Assembly (NCBI GenBank): GCA_903851445.1
Contig: CAINOH010000024.1
Coordinates: 82,080 to 146,079 of the forward strand
Length of the DNA stretch: 64,000 bases
Direction of reading: 5' to 3'
Source: an uncultured Candidatus Micrarchaeota archaeon
GTDB lineage: Archaea > Micrarchaeota > Micrarchaeia > Norongarragalinales > CAINOH01
Both the position numbers and the translations under genes were made by a program. A model generated the notes under the pieces. It was not told the origin of the DNA, did no database searches, and saw only the letters and a program-made list of their open reading frames with translations. Shown one piece after another: positions 28,089-36,638 of this stretch. Within the stretch, counting starts at the first letter, position 1; the number at the start of each line of letters is the position of its first letter.

Positions 28089-28589
28089 CTAGTTTCCCGC
28101 AACAGGAAGCAGCTGCTTCTCGTAAAGCAGGACTTCCTTGTCATTTATCTTCCGCTCAAGGGTGCCGAAGCAAGTAAAGCCGAACTCCTTGTAGATTTTC
28201 TGCGCAACGTCATTGTCCTTTGCGACGAAAAGGAAGACCCGCCTAAAGCCGGAGGCCTGGATTGTGTTGAGCGCGGCGTTCACTAGCGCCTTTGCAACCC
28301 CGCGGTTGCGGCACTCGGCAAGGACCGCAAGCCCCAAAATCTTTGCGTGGCCCTCCAAAAGCTCGTAGTCGATGTAGCCTGCAAGCTTGTTGTTTATCCT
28401 TGCAACCAGGTAAACATAGGACTTCGACTCAATCCTGCGCACTATCTCGTCAGAGGAGAAGTTCGCGTAGGGGAAGTACTCGCGCGAGAGGATGAATATC
28501 GAGTAGAGCTCCTTTCGTGTTGCGGGGCCAACAGTAACTTCGGCGACGTCCTTTACGGTTCTCTTTTTTACCGCCTTTTCACGCGTCAT
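28089..28589 (-). CDS. GNAT-family N-acetyltransferase (RimI-like)
   Basis: From ATG 28589. LAVLAECRNRGVAKALVNAAL is the acetyl-CoA binding motif. Confidence 0.7.
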   Translation of the reverse strand: MTREKAVKKRTVKDVAEVTVGPATRKELYSIFILSREYFPYANFSSDEIVRRIESKSYVYLVARINNKLAGYIDYELLEGHAKILGLAVLAECRNRGVAKALVNAALNTIQASGFRRVFLFVAKDNDVAQKIYKEFGFTCFGTLERKINDKEVLLYEKQLLPVAGN

Positions 28590-28653
28590 ACGGATGCAAA
28601 TAAAGTTGGCTAGTGCGACATTGAAAACGCTTTGTTTCCCCGCATTTTCCTGT

Positions 28654-29208
28654 TCAGGACAGGAAGGGCTCTGAAGCAGCCCAGTCCTCTTCAAAAGTTG
28701 AGGTAAAGTCCGATACGGCATCGCATCCTGAAATTGAAACTGCCGCCTCGCGGTTGAGGAACATCGCGTGGAACGACCAGTTGGTGCTTCCGACAAGCAC
28801 AGTTGACGAGTCTATTACTGCGAACTTTGAGTGCAAGCGGGTAAAGTGCTCTGGCGCAAAGCGAACCAGCACCCCCTTTGCTGCAAGGTCGCGGGCTGTT
28901 GCGTAGTTTGAATTGACAGTGCGGTCGAGGATGACCCGCACGCCTACGCCACCTGCCGCCTTTCTTTCAAGCTCCTCGGACAGGGGGGTGTATGAGAACT
29001 CGTAGATTTCGACGGAGATTGATTTTGAGGAGGAGGAGAAAAGGGAGACTATCGCAGGCTCTGCGCCTGGAGAGAACAGGGTCTGGACGCTGCAGCCATA
29101 GGACTTGCCCTGGAAGGAAGAAGAAAAAGTTGCGCCGGCAAAAAATGCGGCGATGGCTATTGCGATTACGGTTGCTGCGACTGCTGCCGGGGGCATTGCC
29201 TTTTTCAT
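28654..29208 (-). CDS. secreted/membrane-anchored single-HKD phospholipase D-family protein (Nuc-like nuclease candidate)
   Basis: From ATG 29208: MKKAMPPAAVAATVIAIAIAAFFAGA (signal/anchor). HKD motif HSKFAVIDSSTVLVGSTNWS. Confidence 0.65.
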   Translation of the reverse strand: MKKAMPPAAVAATVIAIAIAAFFAGATFSSSFQGKSYGCSVQTLFSPGAEPAIVSLFSSSSKSISVEIYEFSYTPLSEELERKAAGGVGVRVILDRTVNSNYATARDLAAKGVLVRFAPEHFTRLHSKFAVIDSSTVLVGSTNWSFHAMFLNREAAVSISGCDAVSDFTSTFEEDWAASEPFLS

Positions 29209-29311
29209 AACTGTCTCTTTTTGCTGTCCCTTGCCATAATTGCGTTGGGTTGAACGGGAATATACCCAGAGTTGAGGCCTGGCCCGCTGCAAAACGCTTT
29301 TGCCTTTTGGA

Positions 29312-29318
29312 TTATAAA
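29312..29318 (+). promoter_or_regulatory. TATA-box candidate for tRNA-Arg(CCG)
   Basis: TTATAAA lies 27-33 nt upstream of the tRNA 5' end. Confidence 0.5.
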
Positions 29319-29344
29319 CCAAAACCGACCAAATAGTCTGGAGC

Positions 29345-29499
29345 GGGCCCGTGGCTTAGCCTGGATAGAGCGACTGGTTCCGAATACCATAAGTTGCATA
29401 GGGGTTCCCTGACATTTATGATGGGAAACACCAGTAGGTCCCGAGTTCAAAGCACAGGGGGCGCAAAAGCGCGCCAGTGTGAAAGTCTCGGCGGGCCCG
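29345..29499 (+). tRNA. tRNA-Arg (anticodon CCG) with two introns
   Basis: Exons fold to a 75-nt cloverleaf. Acceptor GGGCCCG/CGGGCCC, anticodon arm ACTGG-TTCCGA[46-nt intron ~29384-29429]A-CCAGT, T arm CCGAG-TTCAAA[34-nt intron ~29452-29485]T-CTCGG. A T5 run follows at 29500-29504. Confidence 0.8.
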
Positions 29500-29530
29500 T
29501 TTTTGGTTAAAGGGGGGTATTGGCAAGTCT

Positions 29531-30244
29531 TTGGCAAGGATTTCCGCATCAATAGTCGTGCCTGCGTACAACCAGAAGGACAAGCTTGAAGGCTGCGTGC
29601 TTGCAGTTCAGCAGAGCCTCAAGGCGGCAGGCATCAACGACTTTGAGGTCATCATTGCGGAGGACGGGAGCAGGGACGGCTCGTTCGAGGAGGCCAAGAG
29701 GCTCTGGCGGAAATACCCTTTTGTCAAGGTGTCCCACGTAAACAAAAAGACCGGCCGGGGGAGCGCGGTCTGCCGCGGATTTTACGAATCGTCCGGGGAT
29801 GTGGTTGCTTACATCGATGCTGACCAGGCCACCGAGACTTCGCACCTGCCTGCATTGCTTGCCGCTGCAAAGAAGACCGGGATTGCGACTGGCTCGCGCT
29901 ATTTGCGCACAAGCAACACAAGCAGGGGCGTGCGCAGGCTACTTTTCAGCAGGGTGTTCAACTGGCTAGTGCGCATCATCCTCGGCTCGAAGGTTTCAGA
30001 CCACCAGTGCGGGTTCAAGGCGTTCAGGAAAAACGTTGCCAAAGACCTGTGCGCAAGGGCAAGAGAAAAGCACTGGCTCTGGGACACCGAAGTGCTCGTG
30101 CTTGCGCAAAAACAGGGACTGACCGTCTCGGAAATCCCGGTTGTGTGGCGCGAGCAGGGAAACACCACCGTGCGGCTCAAGAACGACATTTGGGAAATGT
30201 TCTGGGGAATAATCAGGCTCCGCCAGCGACTGGGCCGTGGATGA
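29531..30244 (+). CDS. family 2 glycosyltransferase, dolichyl-phosphate glycosyltransferase-like
   Basis: ASIVVPAYNQKDKL, IIAEDGSRDGS and YIDADQA. TTG start. Confidence 0.75.
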   Translation: MARISASIVVPAYNQKDKLEGCVLAVQQSLKAAGINDFEVIIAEDGSRDGSFEEAKRLWRKYPFVKVSHVNKKTGRGSAVCRGFYESSGDVVAYIDADQATETSHLPALLAAAKKTGIATGSRYLRTSNTSRGVRRLLFSRVFNWLVRIILGSKVSDHQCGFKAFRKNVAKDLCARAREKHWLWDTEVLVLAQKQGLTVSEIPVVWREQGNTTVRLKNDIWEMFWGIIRLRQRLGRG

Positions 30245-32298
30245 AAATGAAAGGCTTCTTTGGGCAGAAGGCGGGCGGTCAAGCAAAAGTGCTTGCAGTG
30301 TTCTTCATTCTGGTGCTTTCTGCGCTTGCGACTTCCAACCAGGTCCTGGGCGGCCTTGCAATAATCTGCTTTTTTTGCGTGAACTGGCTCTTCCTTGGGC
30401 AGCTGCTTTCGGATTTGGGAGGGCTTGCACGGCTGGCCGTCGCGTACGCGCTCTCGTTCTCCGCACTTTGCGCGGCCACATATGGCGTTTCCATTCTGGC
30501 TGGATACTCGGCCGGCTCGATTGCGATTGCAATGATGGTTGTTGCAGCAACCATTGCATTGCTTTCATTAATCTTGGGAAAGAGCGCGGGAGGCAGGAAG
30601 GCGGCTGCACCCAGGGTTGTTCCCGAGCTTAGGGAGCACTACGCGGTAATCATCGCAGCACTGCTTGTCTTTGCGGCTTTTCTCTCAATCAACAACGCGA
30701 CGCTCTGGGTGGAAGGAAAGGACGGCATCATAGTGGGCGGCTGGAACTGGGCTGACGCGTTCGCGCACATACCGGTGATACGGACCGTGAACGAGGGCAA
30801 CTTCCCGCCGCAAGTGCCCTTCCTGTACGGCGAGCCGCTGAACTACCACTGGTTCTCCGACTTCTTCACCGCAATCAACTCAAAATTCACAGGCATAGAC
30901 GCGATAGCGTGCATGCGGGTTGAGAATTCGGCCTATTCCGCGTTCTTCTTCCTGCTTTGCTACCTTGTGGCGTTGCGAATGTGCAAGGACAAAAAGGCCG
31001 CCCTGTTTGCAGCGTTGCTGGTCCTGCTCTGCGGGAGCTTTGCGTTCACCAATGTCTTGCCGCAGTTTGAGGGCAAGGACCTCAACCAAATCTGGAACAT
31101 AATCACCTGGGAGGCGCACGACAACGACTGGAAGGAATACCAGATGCCCTCGCTCATCCCCGGGTTCCTGCTCTGCCAGCGCGCGATGATGGCCGGGCTC
31201 GTGCTTTTTGCTGCGGTGCTGCTCTTGCTGCTTGAATCTGAAGGCGACTGGAAAAAGGAAGCGCTTGCGGGGCTTTTGGCCGGGCTTTCGATGCCGTTCC
31301 ACTTCTACGCAGCTCCCTGCTGCGCGCTTATGGCATTCCTCTTTGCGGCAACAAACGTATGGCCAGGGGGGCAGAAAATCGGAAATGCCGCGAAATCTTT
31401 TGGAGTTTTTATTCTGGGTGCGATTGTCACCGGGGCGCCGCTCTTTCTTTTCGTCATCTCATCCGGAATCCAATCCTCATCCTCCTATTCGCTTTCCCTG
31501 CACTTGGGGTGGCTTGCGCCAACGGACGCGGCCGGGTTTGCGGTGTTCTATGCAAAGAACCTTGGCGCGGCGTTCATTGCGTTCGCCCTTGCGGCAATTG
31601 CGTTCGCAATCGCATTGCTACGAAAGGAAAATAAGTTTGCGGGGGTGGAGCCGAAGGAATACGCCCTCCTCTGCCTTCTTGGAATCGGCCTGTTTGTAGT
31701 GCCTAACCTGTTCACGCTTTCAGGGCTTGACTGGGACATGAACAAGTTCTTCGTGTTCATGTTCGTGCCAACCGGAATCTGCGCCGGCCTTGCGGCATAC
31801 GGCCTTGCAAAGAGGCTTAAGGCTGTTGGCTGGCTGCTGCTGCTCGCCTTCTTTTTGGTTTCAAGCATGTCGGCGATGATGACAACGGCCTGGTGGTACG
31901 GCAACCGGTGGGTGGGCCTTTCAACTGCGGAGGTGGAGGCGGGCCGGTGGATTGCGGCCAACACGCCTGCTGGCACGGTCTTTGCCTCGCACGAAAAGCT
32001 CAGCTCGCCAATCGACGCCTACGCAGGCAGGTTCCGCGTGGCAGCGTACGGCTGGGGCTGGGTCAACGCGATAGGAAACAACGAGAATGCAAGGCGAGCC
32101 GGGCTGATGCGAAGGTTCTTCTGCACGCAGTCCGAAGGCGAGGCGCTGTCCATTGCCAGAAGCCTCAACATCACCTACGCGTATTACAGCCAAGACGAGA
32201 GGGAGAGCTACGGTTGCGAGCCGGGTTTTGGCAGCTGGCCGTCCTTTTACCAAGCCTATTCAAAGGATGGCACGGAAATATATCGCATAGAAGGATGA
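30241..32298 (+). CDS. polytopic GT-C-like glycosyltransferase (paralog of 40018..41967)
   Basis: From ATG 30241 (ATGA overlap with the upstream stop). It shares GGWNWADAFAHIPVIRTVNEGNFPPQVPFLYGEPLNYHWFSDFF with GGWNWSDYLLHYSIISSVNAGVFPPQTPFYAGEPLSYDWFFDF in the paralog. Confidence 0.55.
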   Translation: MKMKGFFGQKAGGQAKVLAVFFILVLSALATSNQVLGGLAIICFFCVNWLFLGQLLSDLGGLARLAVAYALSFSALCAATYGVSILAGYSAGSIAIAMMVVAATIALLSLILGKSAGGRKAAAPRVVPELREHYAVIIAALLVFAAFLSINNATLWVEGKDGIIVGGWNWADAFAHIPVIRTVNEGNFPPQVPFLYGEPLNYHWFSDFFTAINSKFTGIDAIACMRVENSAYSAFFFLLCYLVALRMCKDKKAALFAALLVLLCGSFAFTNVLPQFEGKDLNQIWNIITWEAHDNDWKEYQMPSLIPGFLLCQRAMMAGLVLFAAVLLLLLESEGDWKKEALAGLLAGLSMPFHFYAAPCCALMAFLFAATNVWPGGQKIGNAAKSFGVFILGAIVTGAPLFLFVISSGIQSSSSYSLSLHLGWLAPTDAAGFAVFYAKNLGAAFIAFALAAIAFAIALLRKENKFAGVEPKEYALLCLLGIGLFVVPNLFTLSGLDWDMNKFFVFMFVPTGICAGLAAYGLAKRLKAVGWLLLLAFFLVSSMSAMMTTAWWYGNRWVGLSTAEVEAGRWIAANTPAGTVFASHEKLSSPIDAYAGRFRVAAYGWGWVNAIGNNENARRAGLMRRFFCTQSEGEALSIARSLNITYAYYSQDERESYGCEPGFGSWPSFYQAYSKDGTEIYRIEG

Positions 32299-32633
32299 AG
32301 GTTAAGATGGAAATACTCGCGCCGCTCGGGCTTTTGGAAATCGCAAGGACCCTGGCGTTATTCATATTCTCCCTGATGCTTCCAGGCTGGCTATTCCTGC
32401 GCCTGGACCGCAGGCTGGGACTGGCCGAACACATCAAGGCAAAGGATGGCGAGCCGCTATTTTCCGGAGTTATTGAGACAATCTGCGCAAGCGTGTTCTT
32501 CTCTATAGTCATCTGTAGCCTTGCATTCATCGCGCTCACGTTCACAATCGGCCTGAACTTCTGGACTGCGCTGTCTTTCGTGGCCGCAATCAACGCTATC
32601 TTGGGGTATTTTGTTTGGAAAGAAGGACGCTGA
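32295..32633 (+). CDS. small 3-TM membrane protein
   Basis: MKVKMEILAPLGLLEIARTLALFIF... ATGA overlap with the upstream stop. Confidence 0.5.
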   Translation: MKVKMEILAPLGLLEIARTLALFIFSLMLPGWLFLRLDRRLGLAEHIKAKDGEPLFSGVIETICASVFFSIVICSLAFIALTFTIGLNFWTALSFVAAINAILGYFVWKEGR

Positions 32634-33118
32634 TTAGCGCCGCATTCCTGCTTGCCTGCGCCTACCTGTCGGCAACCTACACTTATCCACAGATGCGGGC
32701 CGCCCTTCCGGGCTGGTACGACCCTGTTGTCACCGCAAGCGAAATCAGGGCAGCCGAATGGGCGTACGACAACGTGCCGCACCAGTCGCATTTTGCAGGC
32801 GACATGTTCGCGTGCGAGATGCTCACTGCTGTCGCGTTCCAAATCTGCTCGATTGGCGGTGCTTGGGAGCTTGCGGACAACCCAAACCAGCGATATATGG
32901 ACAACGAGCGCGCATTCCTTACGGACTCGGCCACCGAGGCGCACGACCTGCTTGCAAAGTACAACATCACCTACGTCTTCGTAAGCACCAGGCAGGAGCC
33001 CAACAAGAACTTCTATGCCTACGGCTGGAAGCAGCCATTGATTGAAAAGTTCGACACGCCGGGCCTGTTTGAGAAAATCTACGATAATGAAAGCACGGAA
33101 ATTTACGTTGTAAAGTGA
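32615..33118 (+). CDS. TM-anchored soluble module resembling the C-terminal domain of the GT-C-like paralogs
   Basis: VTASEIRAAEWAYDNVP...AKYNITYVFVS...STEIYVVK parallels LSTAEVEAGRWIAANTP...SLNITYAYYS...GTEIYRIEG of 30241..32298. TTG start with a 19-nt overlap on the previous ORF in another frame. Confidence 0.5.
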   Translation: MERRTLISAAFLLACAYLSATYTYPQMRAALPGWYDPVVTASEIRAAEWAYDNVPHQSHFAGDMFACEMLTAVAFQICSIGGAWELADNPNQRYMDNERAFLTDSATEAHDLLAKYNITYVFVSTRQEPNKNFYAYGWKQPLIEKFDTPGLFEKIYDNESTEIYVVK

Positions 33119-33122
33119 GCTG

Positions 33123-34208
33123 ATGGAACCCAAGAATAACACCGATGAACTGCTCAAGACCACTGGACTAGTCATACTCCTGGGCCTTGCGTTCTCCATC
33201 GCTTACTGGGGGATGTTCGACGTGGCCGGCCGGTTCCTGCCCACGTGGGACAACTCGATGCTCCACGCCGGCCGCGCAGTATTCATAATGGAGACCGGCC
33301 ACTATGCGGAAATGGAGGTGGTGTTTGGCGGCGTGACGCGGACTTACCACCTGCCGGCATACCCTGCGCTTGTTGCGGGAACCGCCCTGCTTACCGGCCT
33401 TGACTTTGCCTGGACCGAGCGGCTCCTTACAATGGTGCTTTCCACGCTGCTTGCATTCGCGTTCTACGCGGTCGCAAAGGGGATTTCCGGCGACTGGCGC
33501 GCAGGAGTAATCGCAGGAATCTTCGCTTTGTCCTCAACCAACCTGATGACGTGGGGCACGCGCAACAGCCCCATCGGCCTTGGGAACGCCCTGCTCCCCA
33601 TAGCGCTTTACCTTTTGCTGAAGCGCAGGACGCTTGCTGCTGCCCTTTGCGCGCTAGTGATTGCCCTTGACCACCAGCCCACGCTAATCGTGTTCGCGCT
33701 CTCGGCGTTCCTGTTTTTTGTGTATGAATACCTGTCGAGCCTGCCAAGGGCCAATCTCTCGGTTGGAAGGATTTTTTCAAATATAATGCATCCGGAGGTG
33801 CTGACAGCGTCGCTTGCTGGGCTCGCCGCGTTCCTTACGTATATGGCCTGGCACGTGCGCCAGACCGGCCTGGCTTGCCTGAACTTCTCCTGCCTCCCCC
33901 AGTTCGGCGCAAAGGAGTTCGGAAAATCCATCGACTTTCTTGACTATTTCTCGAAGAGCCCGCAGGCAATCGCGCTGCTCGGCATCCTGCTATTGCCGCT
34001 TTCCAAGGCGCCCAACCGCAACAAGGCCCTCGCGTTTGCCTGGCTGTTGGCCTGCATAATCCTTGTAAAGAACGACCTGCTCGGGATAGGCGCGTTCACC
34101 GAACGGTTCCTCACCTACCTTGACGGAGTCGTGGCGGTGTTTGCCGGGGTGGGAATCGCAATCGTCCTTTCCTGGATGGAAAACAAAAAGGAACCTGCAA
34201 GCGCTTAA
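33123..34208 (+). CDS. polytopic membrane protein resembling the N-terminal core of GT-C-like enzymes
   Basis: 361 aa. TWDNSMLHAGRAVFIMETGHY...TYHLPAYP aligns by eye with the first-loop region of the 30241/40018 paralogs. No C-terminal soluble domain. Confidence 0.45.
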   Translation: MEPKNNTDELLKTTGLVILLGLAFSIAYWGMFDVAGRFLPTWDNSMLHAGRAVFIMETGHYAEMEVVFGGVTRTYHLPAYPALVAGTALLTGLDFAWTERLLTMVLSTLLAFAFYAVAKGISGDWRAGVIAGIFALSSTNLMTWGTRNSPIGLGNALLPIALYLLLKRRTLAAALCALVIALDHQPTLIVFALSAFLFFVYEYLSSLPRANLSVGRIFSNIMHPEVLTASLAGLAAFLTYMAWHVRQTGLACLNFSCLPQFGAKEFGKSIDFLDYFSKSPQAIALLGILLLPLSKAPNRNKALAFAWLLACIILVKNDLLGIGAFTERFLTYLDGVVAVFAGVGIAIVLSWMENKKEPASA

Positions 34209-34220
34209 GGCGAAATCCGT

Positions 34221-35015
34221 ATGCCGACGAAAAAGAGAGCCGATGCAAAGAAGAGGGCCGCCCCGAAGAACAGACTAGTTGCAACCCAACAGGCCTATGA
34301 CGAGATTTCCTCAAACTGGGACGAGAACAGGAAAAAGCCGTTCTCGCCGATGCCTCTCTTTGTCGGGGAGTTCCAAAGGAGGTTCTCAAAGAGCAAGGGC
34401 ACGCTTTCGCACGCGAAGATACTCGACGCGGGTTGCGGCAACGCGAGGAACGCGATATGGCTTTGCAAAAAGTTCCCGAATGCATACATATATTGCTGCG
34501 ACGTTTCTGCAGGGATGCTGCACAGCGCAAGCAGGAACGTTGCCACAGCCTGCAAGGCCCACTCGTTTGCCATCCGCAAGGCAGACATAGAAAACACCAG
34601 GTACCCCCTTGCATTGTTCGACGCGGTGCTCTGCACTGCGGTGTTGCACCACATCCCAAGCAATAAAGGCTGGGTGCGGGCATTGTCCGAAATCCAGAGG
34701 GTGCTGAAGCCATCGGGCTTTGCGTTCGTCACTGTGTGGAGCGACCCGTTGGTCGCGCCCGGCTCGGACAGGAACGTGGGGTTCCCGACAGGGAAAGGTA
34801 ATAATGTCCAGAGACTCTACCACTTCTTTACCCGGCGCGAGCTTGAGGGTGCGGCAAAGGCAGCCGGCCTTGAAGTTGCTGACGCGTTCTTCGAGGCTGG
34901 CGGCAAAAGAACGGGGACGAAAAACAGCTCGAAGGCACGCAACCTGTGCATGGTCCTGCAAAAGCCAAGGCGCGGCCAAAAACATAGCGGCAAACAAAAG
35001 GGACGGTTACGATGA
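34221..35015 (+). CDS. class I SAM-dependent methyltransferase
   Basis: ILDAGCGNARNAIWL (motif I) and VLKPSGFAFVTVW. Confidence 0.7.
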   Translation: MPTKKRADAKKRAAPKNRLVATQQAYDEISSNWDENRKKPFSPMPLFVGEFQRRFSKSKGTLSHAKILDAGCGNARNAIWLCKKFPNAYIYCCDVSAGMLHSASRNVATACKAHSFAIRKADIENTRYPLALFDAVLCTAVLHHIPSNKGWVRALSEIQRVLKPSGFAFVTVWSDPLVAPGSDRNVGFPTGKGNNVQRLYHFFTRRELEGAAKAAGLEVADAFFEAGGKRTGTKNSSKARNLCMVLQKPRRGQKHSGKQKGRLR

Positions 35016-35791
35016 GTGGAAAGGCGGGACGCAAGCGCGTTGTAAAGGCAACCCTGTCGGTAATCTTCGGGATTATTTTCATAGTGATGCTGTGGATTGG
35101 GCTTTCCATGCTTTTTTCAGCCGTTCCGCCCATACACTATGTGACGTCCTGCTCGATGTACCCCGAGTACTCGCGGGCGGACGTCCTGCTTGTCCTGCCG
35201 ATTCCACCATCAGCCCCAATAGAAGAATATGACGGATTGCTGTCAACGTCACAGCCTTGGGTGGTCTCCTACGGCAATGAGACCGTCTCGCTGAACGCAT
35301 CCATAAGCACTTACTGCAACAACAGCGCGGAGCAGATGTGCAGGAACTTCTACTCAAACGCAACAGGTTTTTCTGAAACAAACGGCCCGGTCACGTACGA
35401 GTACGCAAACTGCAACAAGAACAGGAATGACGCAAGGACCGAACCATGCGTTTCATTGGCAAGGGTAGGCAACGCAAATTTTGCTACAACACAAAAACCG
35501 CAGGCCATAATCTACTCCGGCCGCGTCTTTTCAGGCGCAACTTCAGTCGCGGTCATCCACCGGGCGTTCTTCGGAGTCAGGGACGCTTCAGGGAACGTAT
35601 ATTTCTTCACCAAGGGCGATGCAAACACGCTCTTCGATTCCCAGTCCAAGGATTTCTTTTCGCTCAACTCGGCTGCTGCGGCAAACGCGTCGTCTGTGCG
35701 GGGTGTGGTGGTTGCGAAGATACCTCTTGCAGGAGAGCTTTTGAGGAACTATCGTGGGATTGAAGATTGCCAGGGAGGCAATACCGCATAA
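35012..35791 (+). CDS. type I signal peptidase (archaeal/Sec11-like) with a large insertion
   Basis: N-terminal TM, Ser box VTSCSMYPEYSRADVLLV, His box VIHRAFFG, and FFTKGDANTLFD (archaeal TKGD.N box). About 130 aa lie between the Ser and His boxes. ATGA overlap with the upstream stop. Confidence 0.6.
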   Translation: MSGKAGRKRVVKATLSVIFGIIFIVMLWIGLSMLFSAVPPIHYVTSCSMYPEYSRADVLLVLPIPPSAPIEEYDGLLSTSQPWVVSYGNETVSLNASISTYCNNSAEQMCRNFYSNATGFSETNGPVTYEYANCNKNRNDARTEPCVSLARVGNANFATTQKPQAIIYSGRVFSGATSVAVIHRAFFGVRDASGNVYFFTKGDANTLFDSQSKDFFSLNSAAAANASSVRGVVVAKIPLAGELLRNYRGIEDCQGGNTA

Positions 35792-35850
35792 GACTAGTTG
35801 GGGGATTTGAAATCGAAAAACGCTTAAACTCGCAAAGGCAGGACTAACAT

Positions 35851-36564
35851 ATGGACGCATACAGAACTGGCTCTCTAATGCGGTCCATCCGCGAGGTCCT
35901 TTCCTATTTGTTTCTAGGCCTCTGCGCGGCATATCTGTACGCTGTGTTCATCTTCCGGCCCAGAAACCCGATCGCATACCCAGGGGTGGAGGACAAGCTG
36001 TACATAGTACTGGTCATGGCCGCTGTTGCGACCATCGTGTTCTACCTTCCGCTGGTGCTTAAAACAATCTCCAAGGCAAGGAACAGAATTAGATACAGCC
36101 CGATTCACACAAGAATAAGGAACAGCGCCGTTGGAAGAGCGGTGTCCGGCTTGCTCTTATTTTTAGACCCTCTGGAAAAGTGGTTGCGCAGAAATATTGG
36201 CTACGCCGAAACCTACGCGAGGATTAACTTCTATCCAGGAAGGCAGTGGTTCTTTGCTACGATGGGTGTTGAAGTTTTCCTGGTCATAATGCCGCTGGTG
36301 CTTACCAACCAAAAAGGCCTGGTGGAGGTTTCAGCGCTGCTGTTTACAGCATACGCAATCTTTTCCTATGTAAACAGAGTGGACGACAGAGTGATGATAG
36401 TTGCCGCACTCCTCTTCCTTGCAGCATGCCCGTTGCTTCTGGTCCTCAAGGAGGATGCCAAGGCCGAGCTTTCGGCAATCTACGCGTACTACGCCTTGTG
36501 CACCGGGGTGCTCCTCCAGTTTGTCGACTACGCGAAAAACCGCGACCGGTACGACAGTGACTGA
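35851..36564 (+). CDS. membrane protein (hypothetical)
   Basis: 237 aa with about 6 hydrophobic helices. No recognised motif. Confidence 0.5.
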   Translation: MDAYRTGSLMRSIREVLSYLFLGLCAAYLYAVFIFRPRNPIAYPGVEDKLYIVLVMAAVATIVFYLPLVLKTISKARNRIRYSPIHTRIRNSAVGRAVSGLLLFLDPLEKWLRRNIGYAETYARINFYPGRQWFFATMGVEVFLVIMPLVLTNQKGLVEVSALLFTAYAIFSYVNRVDDRVMIVAALLFLAACPLLLVLKEDAKAELSAIYAYYALCTGVLLQFVDYAKNRDRYDSD

Positions 36565-36638
36565 AAGCGCCAATCGCCAAGGGTTATAACCTTCAAAAAA
36601 GCTAATTCTACTGCTAAAAACTTGGAAGGTAATTTTGG

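Noticed and set aside
29205-29552. 115-aa minus-strand ORF
   Set aside because: It covers the whole two-intron tRNA-Arg(CCG) locus and its promoter. The tRNA structure explains the sequence.
30007-30240. N-terminal 78-codon extension of the GT-C-like ORF in the ORF track
   Set aside because: It overlaps the GT2 gene in another frame and is Arg-rich. The ATG at 30241 forms an ATGA overlap with the GT2 stop and starts a sensible N-terminus (MKMKGFFGQK... then a TM helix).
32171-33199. 342-aa ORF on the - strand spanning three + strand genes
   Set aside because: Its length is striking, but the translation is low-complexity (R/S/A/P-rich) without motifs. The + strand ORFs show TM helices and paralog similarity, so this is treated as a shadow ORF.
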